Under the pieces are notes generated by a model. That model worked only from the letters and a program-made list of their open reading frames with translations. It had not been told where the DNA came from and ran no database searches. Below are positions 9,543 through 18,733 of a stretch of 64,000 nt of DNA, one piece after another (positions within the stretch are counted from its first letter, which is position 1; each line of letters begins with the position of its first letter). Source of the stretch: a virus. Location: IMG/VR virus record IMGVR_UViG_3300031087_000014; one strand, 5' to 3'. The position numbers and the translations under genes are program-made.

Positions 9543-9811
9543 TGTACGTAACTTATGATTTTGATTATAAAACTGACCTGGGCGAGAGAATTCAAGTTGA
9601 AGTGGCTTGTGAATATAATGCACCAGATCCTTATTGTGTAGACAGCGATTGGGATTATCAGGGTGGTTTCTTTATCGATATTATCTCTCTGAGTCAGAAC
9701 GGCAAGCCTTGGGCTGGTGTTGTGACTAAGGAAGAACTTATGCGTGAACTTCAATGTAAGCTTCGTGAAGATGCTATTGAAAACGTTATGTATGGAAACG
9801 AGGGTTTTTAA
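9542..9811 (+). CDS. hypothetical protein
   Basis: 89-aa acidic ORF with a DSDWDY motif. Confidence 0.7.
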   Translation: MYVTYDFDYKTDLGERIQVEVACEYNAPDPYCVDSDWDYQGGFFIDIISLSQNGKPWAGVVTKEELMRELQCKLREDAIENVMYGNEGF

Positions 9812-9815
9812 GTAA

Positions 9816-10487
9816 ATGGAGAACATCTGGAAAAACTCTCCTGTACTTAAAGATCAGATATTCGGCAGATGGACAGTAGTAGAACAGGGAGAAATGAAGA
9901 ACAAGCGCAGGACAGTAAGATGCGTATGTACTTGTGGAGTCATAAAAGATGTTTTCCCTAAAAACCTCTTAAAAGGTAAATCAAAGTCTTGCGGTTGTTT
10001 GTCTGCTGAGTTAGCCTCTGTCCGAGAGAAGAAACACGGCCAGTATAAGTCTCTGACTTGGGGTAAATGGAATTCGATGATCAATAGGGCGGTTAACTAC
10101 TCGTCTTCCAATTCCTTCTACTACGAGGAAAGGGGAATAACCGTGTCAGAGGATTGGCAGGGCGAGAATGGTTTCTCTAACTTTCTTAGGGATATGGGTG
10201 AATGCCCCGTAGGTCTAACTTTAGACCGTATAGACAATGACAGGAACTATGAAAAGGGTAACTGTCAGTGGGCCACCAGAAATCATCAATCCACCAATAA
10301 GCGTCCTTGGAGAAAAGGACACTCTGGGCGAATAGGAGTACATTATGACTCCTCGGTTAATAAGTGGAGGGCTTCGTTAGTATGTAAAGGAGTTCGACAC
10401 AATAGCCCGAAATATTCTCTCTTAGAAGATGCCGTGCAAGCCATTGAAGAAATGGAGATCAAGTTTTTAGGATACAATAGGAGCTAA
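9816..10487 (+). mobile_element. free-standing HNH homing endonuclease with AP2-like C-terminus
   Basis: CVCTCG..SCGC N-terminus, TLDRIDNDRNYEKGNCQWAT core, GVHYD..NKWRA tail. Confidence 0.85.
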
Positions 10488-10489
10488 CT

Positions 10490-12262
10490 TTGATTATTAA
10501 AAAATATGGACAAGAGGTTGATTTATCCAAGGAAGGTCACACTGGTTGCCCTCGGTGTATTAGCAAGGGTAGAGATAGATCCAAAAACAACCTTATGTGT
10601 TATGGCTTAGATAGTGATGGTGAACATAAAGGCGCTCATTGCTTTTCGTGCGAACTAACTATACCTAGTCAGCAATGGTTAAGAGAAAATGGTCAAGAAC
10701 TAGAAGAAGAGGAAGAAATAGTGGGAAGAGAATTCAACGCAGAGATTCACAAGAAACTAAAAGAAATTACTGGTACTCACCCTAAAAACTATCGTGGCAT
10801 TCGTGAGGATATTTCAAAACCTCTCGGTGTTCGTTATGAGTATGCCAGTGACGGCAGTATCCATCGAACCTACTACCCTGTGACCAAAGGATATGAGATC
10901 GCGGGTTATAAAGTTCGTGAACATCCGAAGGAGTTTGCACACCCTGGCCCATTGGGTGAAACTGGTAAAGAATGTGATCTGTTTGGTCAGTTCAAATACC
11001 GCAATGCTTCCGGTACAATTCTGATTGTTGGCGGTGAGCACGACCAGCTTGCAGCAGTTCAACTTCTGAAAGACAACGATCCAGGTGGTAAATACCCAGA
11101 GATTGCTGTAGTATCAGGAACTTGTGGTGAAACTTCACTGCACCGTCAGTTGCAAAGTCAGTATAACTTCTTGAATCAGTTCAAGAAAATCATTCTCTGT
11201 CTGGATAATGATAAAGCTGGTCAAGAGGCAATGGAGAAGTGCGTTAAAGTGCTACCTCGTAACCGTGTCTATGTGATGACTTTGGATTGTAAAGATCCCA
11301 ATCAAGCACTGGTTGACGGTAAGAAAGATCACTTTATGACTCAGTTCTTTAAGTCCAAGCTATACACTCCAGCAGGTGTCTATGCATCTAATATGCTGTT
11401 CGAAGCGGCGCTTGAATGTATGGATGCTCAGATTATCACCCTGCCTGCCTTTATGCGGGTTGCTGCAAATATGCTTGGTGGTGGTTTGGTTCGAGAAGAG
11501 ATTACTGTTATTCTGGCTAAAACCAGTATCGGTAAAACTCTGTTAGTGAACGAGGTAACGAAGCACATTATTGTGGAACATCCAGAAGACATTCTCGGTA
11601 TCCTGTCTCTGGAAGCGACATATAAGAAGTACTCTCGTAACCTGCTTTCCTCTTACCTGCATATTCCTCTGCATCGTAAGACTCCAGAAGAGCGTGAGGC
11701 TATTCTTATGGACAACGAGCAACGCATTCGTGCTTTCTACGAACGTCCAGACGGCACTCCTAAGTTCTTTGTGTGTGATGACCGTGGAGCTAGCGTAGAG
11801 AGCGTTAAAGAGAAAGTGCTGGAGATGGTTGTTCACTATGGCGTAACTATTCTGGTCATTGACCCATACTCGGATCTTCTGTCTGGTATGGATGTTCGTG
11901 AGCAAGAAGAGTTAGCTACTTGGCTGAAACGAATTATGAAAGAGTACGGCATCACCATTATCGTAATCTCTCACGTTAAGAAGTCTGCCAACGGCAACAA
12001 CGAGCACATCACCGAAGATGATACAATGGGTAGTAGCTTCTTGGCTAAAGGTGCGGGTATCACTATCGCACTGGAACGTGACAAGGCAGCGGAAGATCCT
12101 ATTGAACGTAACACCACAAACTGTTTCATCCTGAAAAACCGTGAGTTTTCTGAGACAGGTGCTGCTGGTAACTTCTACTACGATATCAAAACTGCAACTC
12201 TGCACGACAAAGAGCAGTACTTTAGCAATCCCGCTAACATTGGCGGCGATATGAAGTTCTGA
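10490..12262 (+). CDS. DNA primase-helicase (T7 gp4-like)
   Basis: Zn finger CPRC..HCFSC, TOPRIM GEHD and LDND..G, Walker A AKTSIGKT, VIDP, VISHVKK. Confidence 0.92.
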   Translation: MIIKKYGQEVDLSKEGHTGCPRCISKGRDRSKNNLMCYGLDSDGEHKGAHCFSCELTIPSQQWLRENGQELEEEEEIVGREFNAEIHKKLKEITGTHPKNYRGIREDISKPLGVRYEYASDGSIHRTYYPVTKGYEIAGYKVREHPKEFAHPGPLGETGKECDLFGQFKYRNASGTILIVGGEHDQLAAVQLLKDNDPGGKYPEIAVVSGTCGETSLHRQLQSQYNFLNQFKKIILCLDNDKAGQEAMEKCVKVLPRNRVYVMTLDCKDPNQALVDGKKDHFMTQFFKSKLYTPAGVYASNMLFEAALECMDAQIITLPAFMRVAANMLGGGLVREEITVILAKTSIGKTLLVNEVTKHIIVEHPEDILGILSLEATYKKYSRNLLSSYLHIPLHRKTPEEREAILMDNEQRIRAFYERPDGTPKFFVCDDRGASVESVKEKVLEMVVHYGVTILVIDPYSDLLSGMDVREQEELATWLKRIMKEYGITIIVISHVKKSANGNNEHITEDDTMGSSFLAKGAGITIALERDKAAEDPIERNTTNCFILKNREFSETGAAGNFYYDIKTATLHDKEQYFSNPANIGGDMKF

Positions 12263-12292
12263 TTGACATAGAGGGAGAAGGAGTGTTATGCT
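12263..12292 (+). promoter_or_regulatory. sigma70-type promoter
   Basis: TTGACA-18 bp-TATGCT with extended TG; flanked by AGGGAG/CTCCCT. Confidence 0.6.
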
Positions 12293-12322
12293 CTTGCTCC
12301 CTAAAATAACAAAGGAGAGGAA

Positions 12323-14917
12323 ATGATTGGAGACACACCCTTAAATACTTTCACCTGGGATATCGAAGCAACGGATTTACTTCGTGAATCTTCTATCGAT
12401 TATACCCTGAGTCCATATCGACTCCGTGATAGCTTCGGTATGCACTGTATTGTGCTGGAGAATCACGAGACGGGTGAGATTATTGGCTTCCATAACGGAG
12501 ACAAGTATGAGTTTGATGGTCGTCCATATAGCGAGTCTGATGATAAATACACTTACGAACTGAAAGAGTATGAGACAGTCGAGTACACTCACTTCCCTCT
12601 GGATCAGTTTGTAGATTTTGTCAATCACACAGGTATCTTTGCGGATAAACCACAGTACAAAGTTGAACGTGCAATTGGTCATAACACCATTAACTATGAC
12701 TTCTTGGCGGTAAAGCTGTTCTACAAGATCCCTTACAGTGTGAAGTACAACACTTGGGGTGAAAGTAACGTTGAACTTATCGACTCAATGATTCTGAGTA
12801 AGGTGCTAAACCCTGATCGCTTTGGTGGTCATAGTCTGGATGCACTGTCACAGAAAGCTGGCGGGGATGTAAAACGAGACTTCCGTAAAGAAATTCCCGT
12901 AGAAGATCGATTTAAGACTTTTGCTGCGGATATGCTTTACTACTGTATCTACGATAACAAGGCGAACACCGCTGTGTATCGTATGTTGCAACAGGAATGG
13001 GGTGATTACGATAAGTGGACTGATCCATTTATCCTGGAACAGCGTGTAGCTGATATCATTACCCGACAAGAACACCGTGGCTTTGCTTTCGATATGAAGA
13101 AAGCAGAACAAAACATTGCAGATCTGGATCAGAAGATGGAAGAGCGCCGTCAACGTGCGGAACCTATCCTTCCACCTAAACCTGCAACGAAAGGCTATCT
13201 GAAAGACTTTATTCCTCCTAAGCTACAGTTTAAGAAGAATGGAGAGCCAACTTCTAACATCATTAAGTTTGCTGCAAAACACGGCGGTGAACTGGTTGAA
13301 GATGGTAATGGCGGTTATATCCTAAAGGCTCTTGATAAAGAATTCCCTTTACCTTTAGAGGCTGATGTACCAATCTGTGATCCAACCGTTCCAGCTACGC
13401 TGAACGATACAACTCACATTAAAAACTGGCTTGTTGGCTTGGGCTGGAACCCGAGCGAGTATAAGGATAAGGACATTACATTGAAGTCCGGCACGAAGAT
13501 CCGTAAGGATGATGCCGCGATGGAAAAAGGTATTCAGGATTATCTGAAACAAACCTATGAGTCCAACTTCCTTAATGATCGTGCAGAACATCTTGAGTGT
13601 ACACCAGACCGTCTGGAAGCCACTCTGAGAGCACGTATCGCAAAAGGACGTGGTGTTAAGGTAAGAACGAATCCTAGCTTCACAAAGGGACAGGAGAAGG
13701 AGATTTGCCCTAACCTGGAAAGCATCGCTAAGCAGTTCCCGTTTGCTATCGATATCGTGGAATACCTGACTTATAAGCATCGTCGTAACTCAATCTTAGG
13801 TGGTGGTGTTGATTGGGATGACCCAGAGGAAGAGCCAGATAAAGGTTATGTTGCTGCTGTAAGGGCTGACGGACGTATTCCTACGCCTGCGGCTACGTGT
13901 GATGCGGCTACAAGTCGTATGAAACACAGGTCAGTTGCTAACATTCCTCGTGTTAGTTCATTGTATGGTGAACAGATGCGTAGTTTGTTTGGTGCAGATA
14001 CACCTAATTATTTCCAAATCGGATACGACTTTGATAGTCTTGAAGCACGTATCGAAGCGCACTATACTTGGAAATATGACATTGAAGGTCAACCATACTG
14101 CAACTCATTGCTGTTGGATAAGCCTAACGATGTTCATACCAAAACTGCTGAGAAGATCTCTGAGATCCTTGGCAAGAAGTTTGAACGTGGTAGTGCTAAG
14201 GCGGTAAAATACGGTTGTACTTACGGCAGTCAGGCGGCTCGTGTTGCTAAGACAATCGGTAGTGACCTGTACACTGGTGAACTCGTGTTCGGCGGTTTCT
14301 GGGAAGCAGCTAAACCACTAGCAGATCTGAAAGAAAAACTGTCGGCATACTGGACAGCAACAGGTAAGACTTATGTTCCTGGCATTGATGGACGTAAAGT
14401 ACCTACCCGTTCTGCTCACGCAATCCTGAACTCATTGTTCCAATCAGGCGGTGTTATTTGTGCTAAACGTGCAATGGTGCTGTATGATGACTACATTGAA
14501 GAAGAAGGTTTGCTGTGTGACTTCTTTGTTGATGATTGGAAGAATATGAAGTTCGCCCAACAGATGATTGCTTACCACGATGAAGCCCAAGTAGAGGTGT
14601 CCAAGGAACTCGTAGAGTTCAAATGGTGGCGTCCAGAAGAGTTAGGCTGGGTGAAAGTAGAAGACGAGAAGGAGCAGGCTGCTATCGATAAAGCTTGTGA
14701 GAAGAGAGCTAAGCAACTTCTTGCAGAACTTGAAGAGAAGGAAGGTCGTAAGTGGGCTAACCTGCATCCGTCTCCTCGTGGTGGTTATTTCAGTGCTTAC
14801 TCTCGTGCTGGTGAACTTACAGTTATTGCTGTAACAGAGGCTGGACGTTACTACGGTTTGAATGTAGAATTAACGGCTGGTTATGATGTGGGCAGAAATT
14901 GGGCTGAGTGTCACTAA
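12323..14917 (+). CDS. DNA polymerase, family A, with 3'-5' exonuclease
   Basis: exonuclease DIE, GHN..YD, YC.YD; polymerase DFDSLEAR, AKAVKYGCTYG, YHDE. Confidence 0.95.
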   Translation: MIGDTPLNTFTWDIEATDLLRESSIDYTLSPYRLRDSFGMHCIVLENHETGEIIGFHNGDKYEFDGRPYSESDDKYTYELKEYETVEYTHFPLDQFVDFVNHTGIFADKPQYKVERAIGHNTINYDFLAVKLFYKIPYSVKYNTWGESNVELIDSMILSKVLNPDRFGGHSLDALSQKAGGDVKRDFRKEIPVEDRFKTFAADMLYYCIYDNKANTAVYRMLQQEWGDYDKWTDPFILEQRVADIITRQEHRGFAFDMKKAEQNIADLDQKMEERRQRAEPILPPKPATKGYLKDFIPPKLQFKKNGEPTSNIIKFAAKHGGELVEDGNGGYILKALDKEFPLPLEADVPICDPTVPATLNDTTHIKNWLVGLGWNPSEYKDKDITLKSGTKIRKDDAAMEKGIQDYLKQTYESNFLNDRAEHLECTPDRLEATLRARIAKGRGVKVRTNPSFTKGQEKEICPNLESIAKQFPFAIDIVEYLTYKHRRNSILGGGVDWDDPEEEPDKGYVAAVRADGRIPTPAATCDAATSRMKHRSVANIPRVSSLYGEQMRSLFGADTPNYFQIGYDFDSLEARIEAHYTWKYDIEGQPYCNSLLLDKPNDVHTKTAEKISEILGKKFERGSAKAVKYGCTYGSQAARVAKTIGSDLYTGELVFGGFWEAAKPLADLKEKLSAYWTATGKTYVPGIDGRKVPTRSAHAILNSLFQSGGVICAKRAMVLYDDYIEEEGLLCDFFVDDWKNMKFAQQMIAYHDEAQVEVSKELVEFKWWRPEELGWVKVEDEKEQAAIDKACEKRAKQLLAELEEKEGRKWANLHPSPRGGYFSAYSRAGELTVIAVTEAGRYYGLNVELTAGYDVGRNWAECH

Positions 14918-15009
14918 TGGACAGACAAACCGCACTAACAATATTTGATATGATGATGCTTGCTATTCTTGTGATAGGTTGTGTATTCTATATCAAAGAT
15001 GATGAATAA
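14917..15009 (+). CDS. small membrane protein (30 aa)
   Basis: MDRQTALTIFDMMMLAILVIGCVFYIKDDE; start overlaps the polymerase stop; followed by a TTCG hairpin. Confidence 0.45.
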   Translation: MDRQTALTIFDMMMLAILVIGCVFYIKDDE

Positions 15010-15037
15010 GGGCTTCGGCCCTTTAATGGAGGAAGAT

Positions 15038-15211
15038 ATGCAGACAATTTATCAAGTAATTTTCAGTCGCGATGATGAAGACGGTATTTCTACCATTTCT
15101 TCATATAGTCGTTACTTCTCTAGTCTCGACAAAGCCAAGAAGGAAAAGACAGAGTGGGATGAAAGATCCTGGCGTAACCGTTCTAACCTAATTATTCTGG
15201 AGGTGGAGTAA
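15038..15211 (+). CDS. hypothetical protein
   Basis: ATG 15038 after GGAGG. Confidence 0.65.
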   Translation: MQTIYQVIFSRDDEDGISTISSYSRYFSSLDKAKKEKTEWDERSWRNRSNLIILEVE

Positions 15212-15498
15212 TGATTAGTAGTGAAGATCTGATTGTGTGGCCTGATGATGTAATGTGCTTCGGTGAAGAACTGGAAGAAATGTTGCAAGGTCGTTCTGAT
15301 GATTACCGTGTTGTCAAAATGGGTACTGACGAGTGGTATGAACTTACTGACTCTGAGCGATCTGAGTATGATTCTGACGACTTTGAAGATGATTGGGACG
15401 ATACTTACTCCTGTGGTTGCTGCAAGTGCTGTGGTTGTTATTGTGACGAACCAACGGATCGCTTTGGCAATCCAAAAGAAGGCTGGGAGGAAGTATAA
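15211..15498 (+). CDS. acidic, Cys-cluster hypothetical protein
   Basis: CGCCKCCGCYC motif; coupled start. Confidence 0.7.
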   Translation: MISSEDLIVWPDDVMCFGEELEEMLQGRSDDYRVVKMGTDEWYELTDSERSEYDSDDFEDDWDDTYSCGCCKCCGCYCDEPTDRFGNPKEGWEEV

Positions 15499-15725
15499 TG
15501 GCTGCTGTTCGTGTTGAGTATGAAGAATATAAGGCTGGTGTTATTGACTACCAGCGTTCAAGCAAGTATTATGTGCCACCTATTCCGCGTAAGAATGAAT
15601 CTATGATCATCAATGATCAAGAGTATGTTGTTTACGATATTGTTCACAAACCAAACTGTGTAGAGCGTATTATGGGACAAGACTCTCCCCTGTATGTGAT
15701 TACAGTTAAGATTCAGAGGATTTAA
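15498..15725 (+). CDS. hypothetical protein
   Basis: coupled ORF with GGAGG RBS. Confidence 0.7.
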   Translation: MAAVRVEYEEYKAGVIDYQRSSKYYVPPIPRKNESMIINDQEYVVYDIVHKPNCVERIMGQDSPLYVITVKIQRI

Positions 15726-15726
15726 T

Positions 15727-15912
15727 ATGATCTTGCTTACCCGCTTGAGCGGTGAAACTGTTCTTATCAATGAACAAACGATTCTGTATGCACAACAGCA
15801 GCAGAACTCTGATAGCACTCGTGTTCGAGTGGTTATTGGTGATGTTTACGAAGATCTGTATGTTATGCAGACACCTTACACTATTTATTGTTTATCCAAG
15901 GAGCAAAAATGA
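15727..15912 (+). CDS. FlbD/SwrD-like small protein
   Basis: MILLTRLSGETVLIN resembles the MIxLTRLNGxxxxLN start of that family. Confidence 0.5.
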   Translation: MILLTRLSGETVLINEQTILYAQQQQNSDSTRVRVVIGDVYEDLYVMQTPYTIYCLSKEQK

Positions 15913-16118
15913 TTACCCAACTAAAACTGATCGCCCACTTAGAAATTGATCTGTCAAATCCAGGTCTTAAAGAAGGCTATGATGCACGTATTGCAGACGG
16001 TCAAACTCACGAGGAGATTGTTGCTGGACTTAGTGAAATGCTCACTCAGTGCTTCACTGAATTGATGAACGAAGAGTTCAGCGAAGAAGGTATGAACGTG
16101 ACCGTGGAGGTAAGATAA
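15909..16118 (+). CDS. hypothetical protein
   Basis: ATG 15909 after AGGAG. Confidence 0.65.
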   Translation: MITQLKLIAHLEIDLSNPGLKEGYDARIADGQTHEEIVAGLSEMLTQCFTELMNEEFSEEGMNVTVEVR

Positions 16119-16741
16119 TGAATCGTCACGCTGAGAGACGCTTAGGTGAAGAAGTATTGGAACGTATTAAAAAGATCGATCCTAACGCTATCATTGCAGG
16201 CGGTGCGCCTCGTGATTGGTGGATGGGTAATGAGTGCTCAGATATCGATATCTATCTGAAAGCCCCTGAACTGTCCTCTGACGCTTTACGACAAGCAGCC
16301 ATATCTTTGCTAGGTTTTAACCGTGTACGCTCTATGAGTGCCGTAGACGAAGATTACGAGGGTATTACAGACCTGCTGGCTGTCTTTGAGTTTGATTATG
16401 AAGGTAAGACGTTCAATATTATGTTTATGGATGAATATTGTTCGTTCCCTTATACAGGTCATTTCAGTTGTTCGATCTGTGAGATCTACTATGATGGTAG
16501 TCAATTCCATCCTTCACCTAAGTTTATGAAAACTCTACTGGACAAAGTGATCATCCTAGCAGATGATGTAGACGAGAACACTAAACATATTCGCAAGATT
16601 GCTGGTAAGTTTCCTGGCTATACCTTCGCTAAGTTTGTCTCTGTTGCACCAAGCTTCACCACAGTAAAAGTGAATGCAGACTTGGGCTTTGACTTCTTGG
16701 AGCGGGATGGCAAAGAAAGTCCAGATGTTTTCAACTTTTAG
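16118..16741 (+). CDS. nucleotidyltransferase (CCA-adding/poly(A) polymerase head-like)
   Basis: IIAGGAPRDW...DIDIY class II NTase signature. Confidence 0.75.
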   Translation: MNRHAERRLGEEVLERIKKIDPNAIIAGGAPRDWWMGNECSDIDIYLKAPELSSDALRQAAISLLGFNRVRSMSAVDEDYEGITDLLAVFEFDYEGKTFNIMFMDEYCSFPYTGHFSCSICEIYYDGSQFHPSPKFMKTLLDKVIILADDVDENTKHIRKIAGKFPGYTFAKFVSVAPSFTTVKVNADLGFDFLERDGKESPDVFNF

Positions 16742-16770
16742 TTGACACAGTAGCAGTATTTTGATATAGT
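16742..16770 (+). promoter_or_regulatory. sigma70-type promoter
   Basis: TTGACA-17 bp-TATAGT with TG extension. Confidence 0.75.
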
Positions 16771-16781
16771 AAGGATTCGCA

Positions 16782-17189
16782 ATGACAACAGCTTTGAAAA
16801 AACCTCTCGTTAAAGTACGAACAAACTTCTTTGAAGAAGCCTCCGAAATCTTCCTTAGTGAAGACACGATGATGAACAACAGGTTCTACTTGAAGGTAAA
16901 GCGTTTTCATAATGAGAAAACAGTGGTTGAGATTAATACTCACATCGGTAAACGTGAGACTGTCTCTTTCACTGTTAATCTGAAAGAGTTTCGACGTTTT
17001 CAGGATCATCTTTTAGATGTTCTTGATAATAAGAACACAGGTAGACGCATAGTATTAGGGGATGAACATTTTAACTTTGTTCATCTTCCAACTGGAGAAT
17101 TAGGAATGGATTTCAGCGGAAACAAGTTTCTTCTTCCCCGAGATGCAGCACTACGTCTTAGAACGTTTGCAGCAGAAACATTACATTAA
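16782..17189 (+). CDS. hypothetical protein
   Basis: 135-aa ORF downstream of a promoter. Confidence 0.7.
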   Translation: MTTALKKPLVKVRTNFFEEASEIFLSEDTMMNNRFYLKVKRFHNEKTVVEINTHIGKRETVSFTVNLKEFRRFQDHLLDVLDNKNTGRRIVLGDEHFNFVHLPTGELGMDFSGNKFLLPRDAALRLRTFAAETLH

Positions 17190-17217
17190 ATAAGAACTCA
17201 TATAGGAGATATACAAT

Positions 17218-18141
17218 ATGTCAGCAGTAATCAAATCAGAAATCGATCGTCGCACTAAGAAAGAAGTATTCTTTGCAGAAGGCGTGGTTGAATTTGTCAA
17301 ACTCGACAAGTTCCCTGAAATGAAAACTTCCTACATTAAAGTAGCTGGTCAGCCAGATAAGAAAATTGAATCTACTCACAAAGCCTCTATTCTTCTGAAA
17401 GAGAAAGGTGCTTCTCGTGACGATGCTGGTCAGTGGATTGGCCTCGGTGAAGTTAAGCTTCACCCAGAACACGAAAACCTGCAAGTTAAAGCAGCAGTAG
17501 GCGATGCTCCTGAGCGTTGGGTTACTATTGAGCGTGGTGTTGAAGTGGCTATGGATCTGAAAGTAAGTGAGTGGAACGGTAAAACCTATTACAACTCCTC
17601 TAAAGGTAAGATCAGTATCCTGTCTACTGATGGTGTTCAGGCTGCTCCAGCAGCAAACAAACCAGCGGCAGGCAATCAGACAGCAGGTAAAGGTACTTGG
17701 AAGAAAGATAATTCCGGTATGGAAGCAGGTCACGCTGTAAACGGCGCTCTGTATCTACAACGTAATGGTGTTGAAGGTGATGTTGTTTCTCTGGCTAAAC
17801 TGGTTCACGAAGCCACTGTCCAGATGAAAACCGAGGTTGCTCTGCAACGTGGTGTCGATATTTCTGACTACGATACTGGCGCTTCTGTAGGTCACGCTAT
17901 TCTGAATGCTACTCGTGATGCAGAAGGTGCTGTTACTGTTCAGTCTCTGATTGATTCAGCTAAGCCTATCCTGGCAGTGAGTGATGAAGTGTTGGCCTTT
18001 GTTAAGGCAGGTGGTAAAGTTGATGCTCCAGCTAAGACTGAAACTAAACCAGCGGCTAATAAGCCTGCTACCACTACGCCGAAAGATCCTGAGCCAGCGC
18101 CAGATGCTCCGGTTGACTTCGATGATGAGATCCCCTTTTAA
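17218..18141 (+). CDS. putative single-stranded DNA-binding protein
   Basis: beta-rich N-domain, flexible linker, SSB-type C-terminal tail DFDDEIPF. Confidence 0.65.
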   Translation: MSAVIKSEIDRRTKKEVFFAEGVVEFVKLDKFPEMKTSYIKVAGQPDKKIESTHKASILLKEKGASRDDAGQWIGLGEVKLHPEHENLQVKAAVGDAPERWVTIERGVEVAMDLKVSEWNGKTYYNSSKGKISILSTDGVQAAPAANKPAAGNQTAGKGTWKKDNSGMEAGHAVNGALYLQRNGVEGDVVSLAKLVHEATVQMKTEVALQRGVDISDYDTGASVGHAILNATRDAEGAVTVQSLIDSAKPILAVSDEVLAFVKAGGKVDAPAKTETKPAANKPATTTPKDPEPAPDAPVDFDDEIPF

Positions 18142-18164
18142 GTGATTGATTTATAAGGGAAATA

Positions 18165-18191
18165 AGGGAGCCGAAAGGCTCCTTTTCTTTT
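18165..18191 (+). terminator. rho-independent terminator
   Basis: GGAGCC-GAAA-GGCTCC plus T run. Confidence 0.8.
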
Positions 18192-18205
18192 GTCTGAAAT
18201 AAATG

Positions 18206-18234
18206 TTGACGTGATATCTCTACTGCTGTAATAT
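18206..18234 (+). promoter_or_regulatory. sigma70-type promoter
   Basis: TTGACG-17 bp-TAATAT. Confidence 0.6.
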
Positions 18235-18283
18235 TCATTTCAACAAGAAGCAATACTGCTTAAACAAGAAGAGGAGAAAGAAG

Positions 18284-18703
18284 ATGGCTAAGATTAATCG
18301 TGCGAAAGAAACTATGGTGGCATTGCAGGCTCTGGGCCTGAATGTGGAGAATGGTATTTCTGATTATATCTCTATGCGGGATATTGAAGAAGTGTCTGGT
18401 ATCCGGCAGGTGAGTAACGGTAGTCGCATCATCCGTGAAGATCTACATCCGTTCTCTTGCTTCAAGATTGAACGTGTGCTGGGTGAAGATGGTCGTTCCC
18501 TGGAAAGCCTCAAGTTTAACGGCTTCCGCGATGTTGAGTATCAGCGTGATCAGTTAGCAGAAGGTATTAACAAAGCCAATAACGAGATTGCTGCTCAGCA
18601 GATTAAGATCTCTAAGAACATTAAAGGTTTGGAAGATCTGTCTAAGTATAAAACAAACGAACCGCTCTTTAACAAAGAAAGTTTAGGTTTGTACATCGTA
18701 TAA
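18284..18703 (+). CDS. hypothetical protein
   Basis: 139-aa ORF with GAGGAG RBS. Confidence 0.75.
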   Translation: MAKINRAKETMVALQALGLNVENGISDYISMRDIEEVSGIRQVSNGSRIIREDLHPFSCFKIERVLGEDGRSLESLKFNGFRDVEYQRDQLAEGINKANNEIAAQQIKISKNIKGLEDLSKYKTNEPLFNKESLGLYIV

Positions 18704-18733
18704 AAGAAAAGGAGCCTTTCGGCTCCTTTTTTA
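18702..18733. terminator. bidirectional terminator between convergent blocks
   Basis: A-run, GGAGCC-TTTC-GGCTCC, T-run. Confidence 0.85.

Noticed and set aside
12323-14917. Intein or intron in the DNA polymerase
   Set aside because: The ORF is continuous with all motifs in order and no C...HN/S-type splice junctions were seen.
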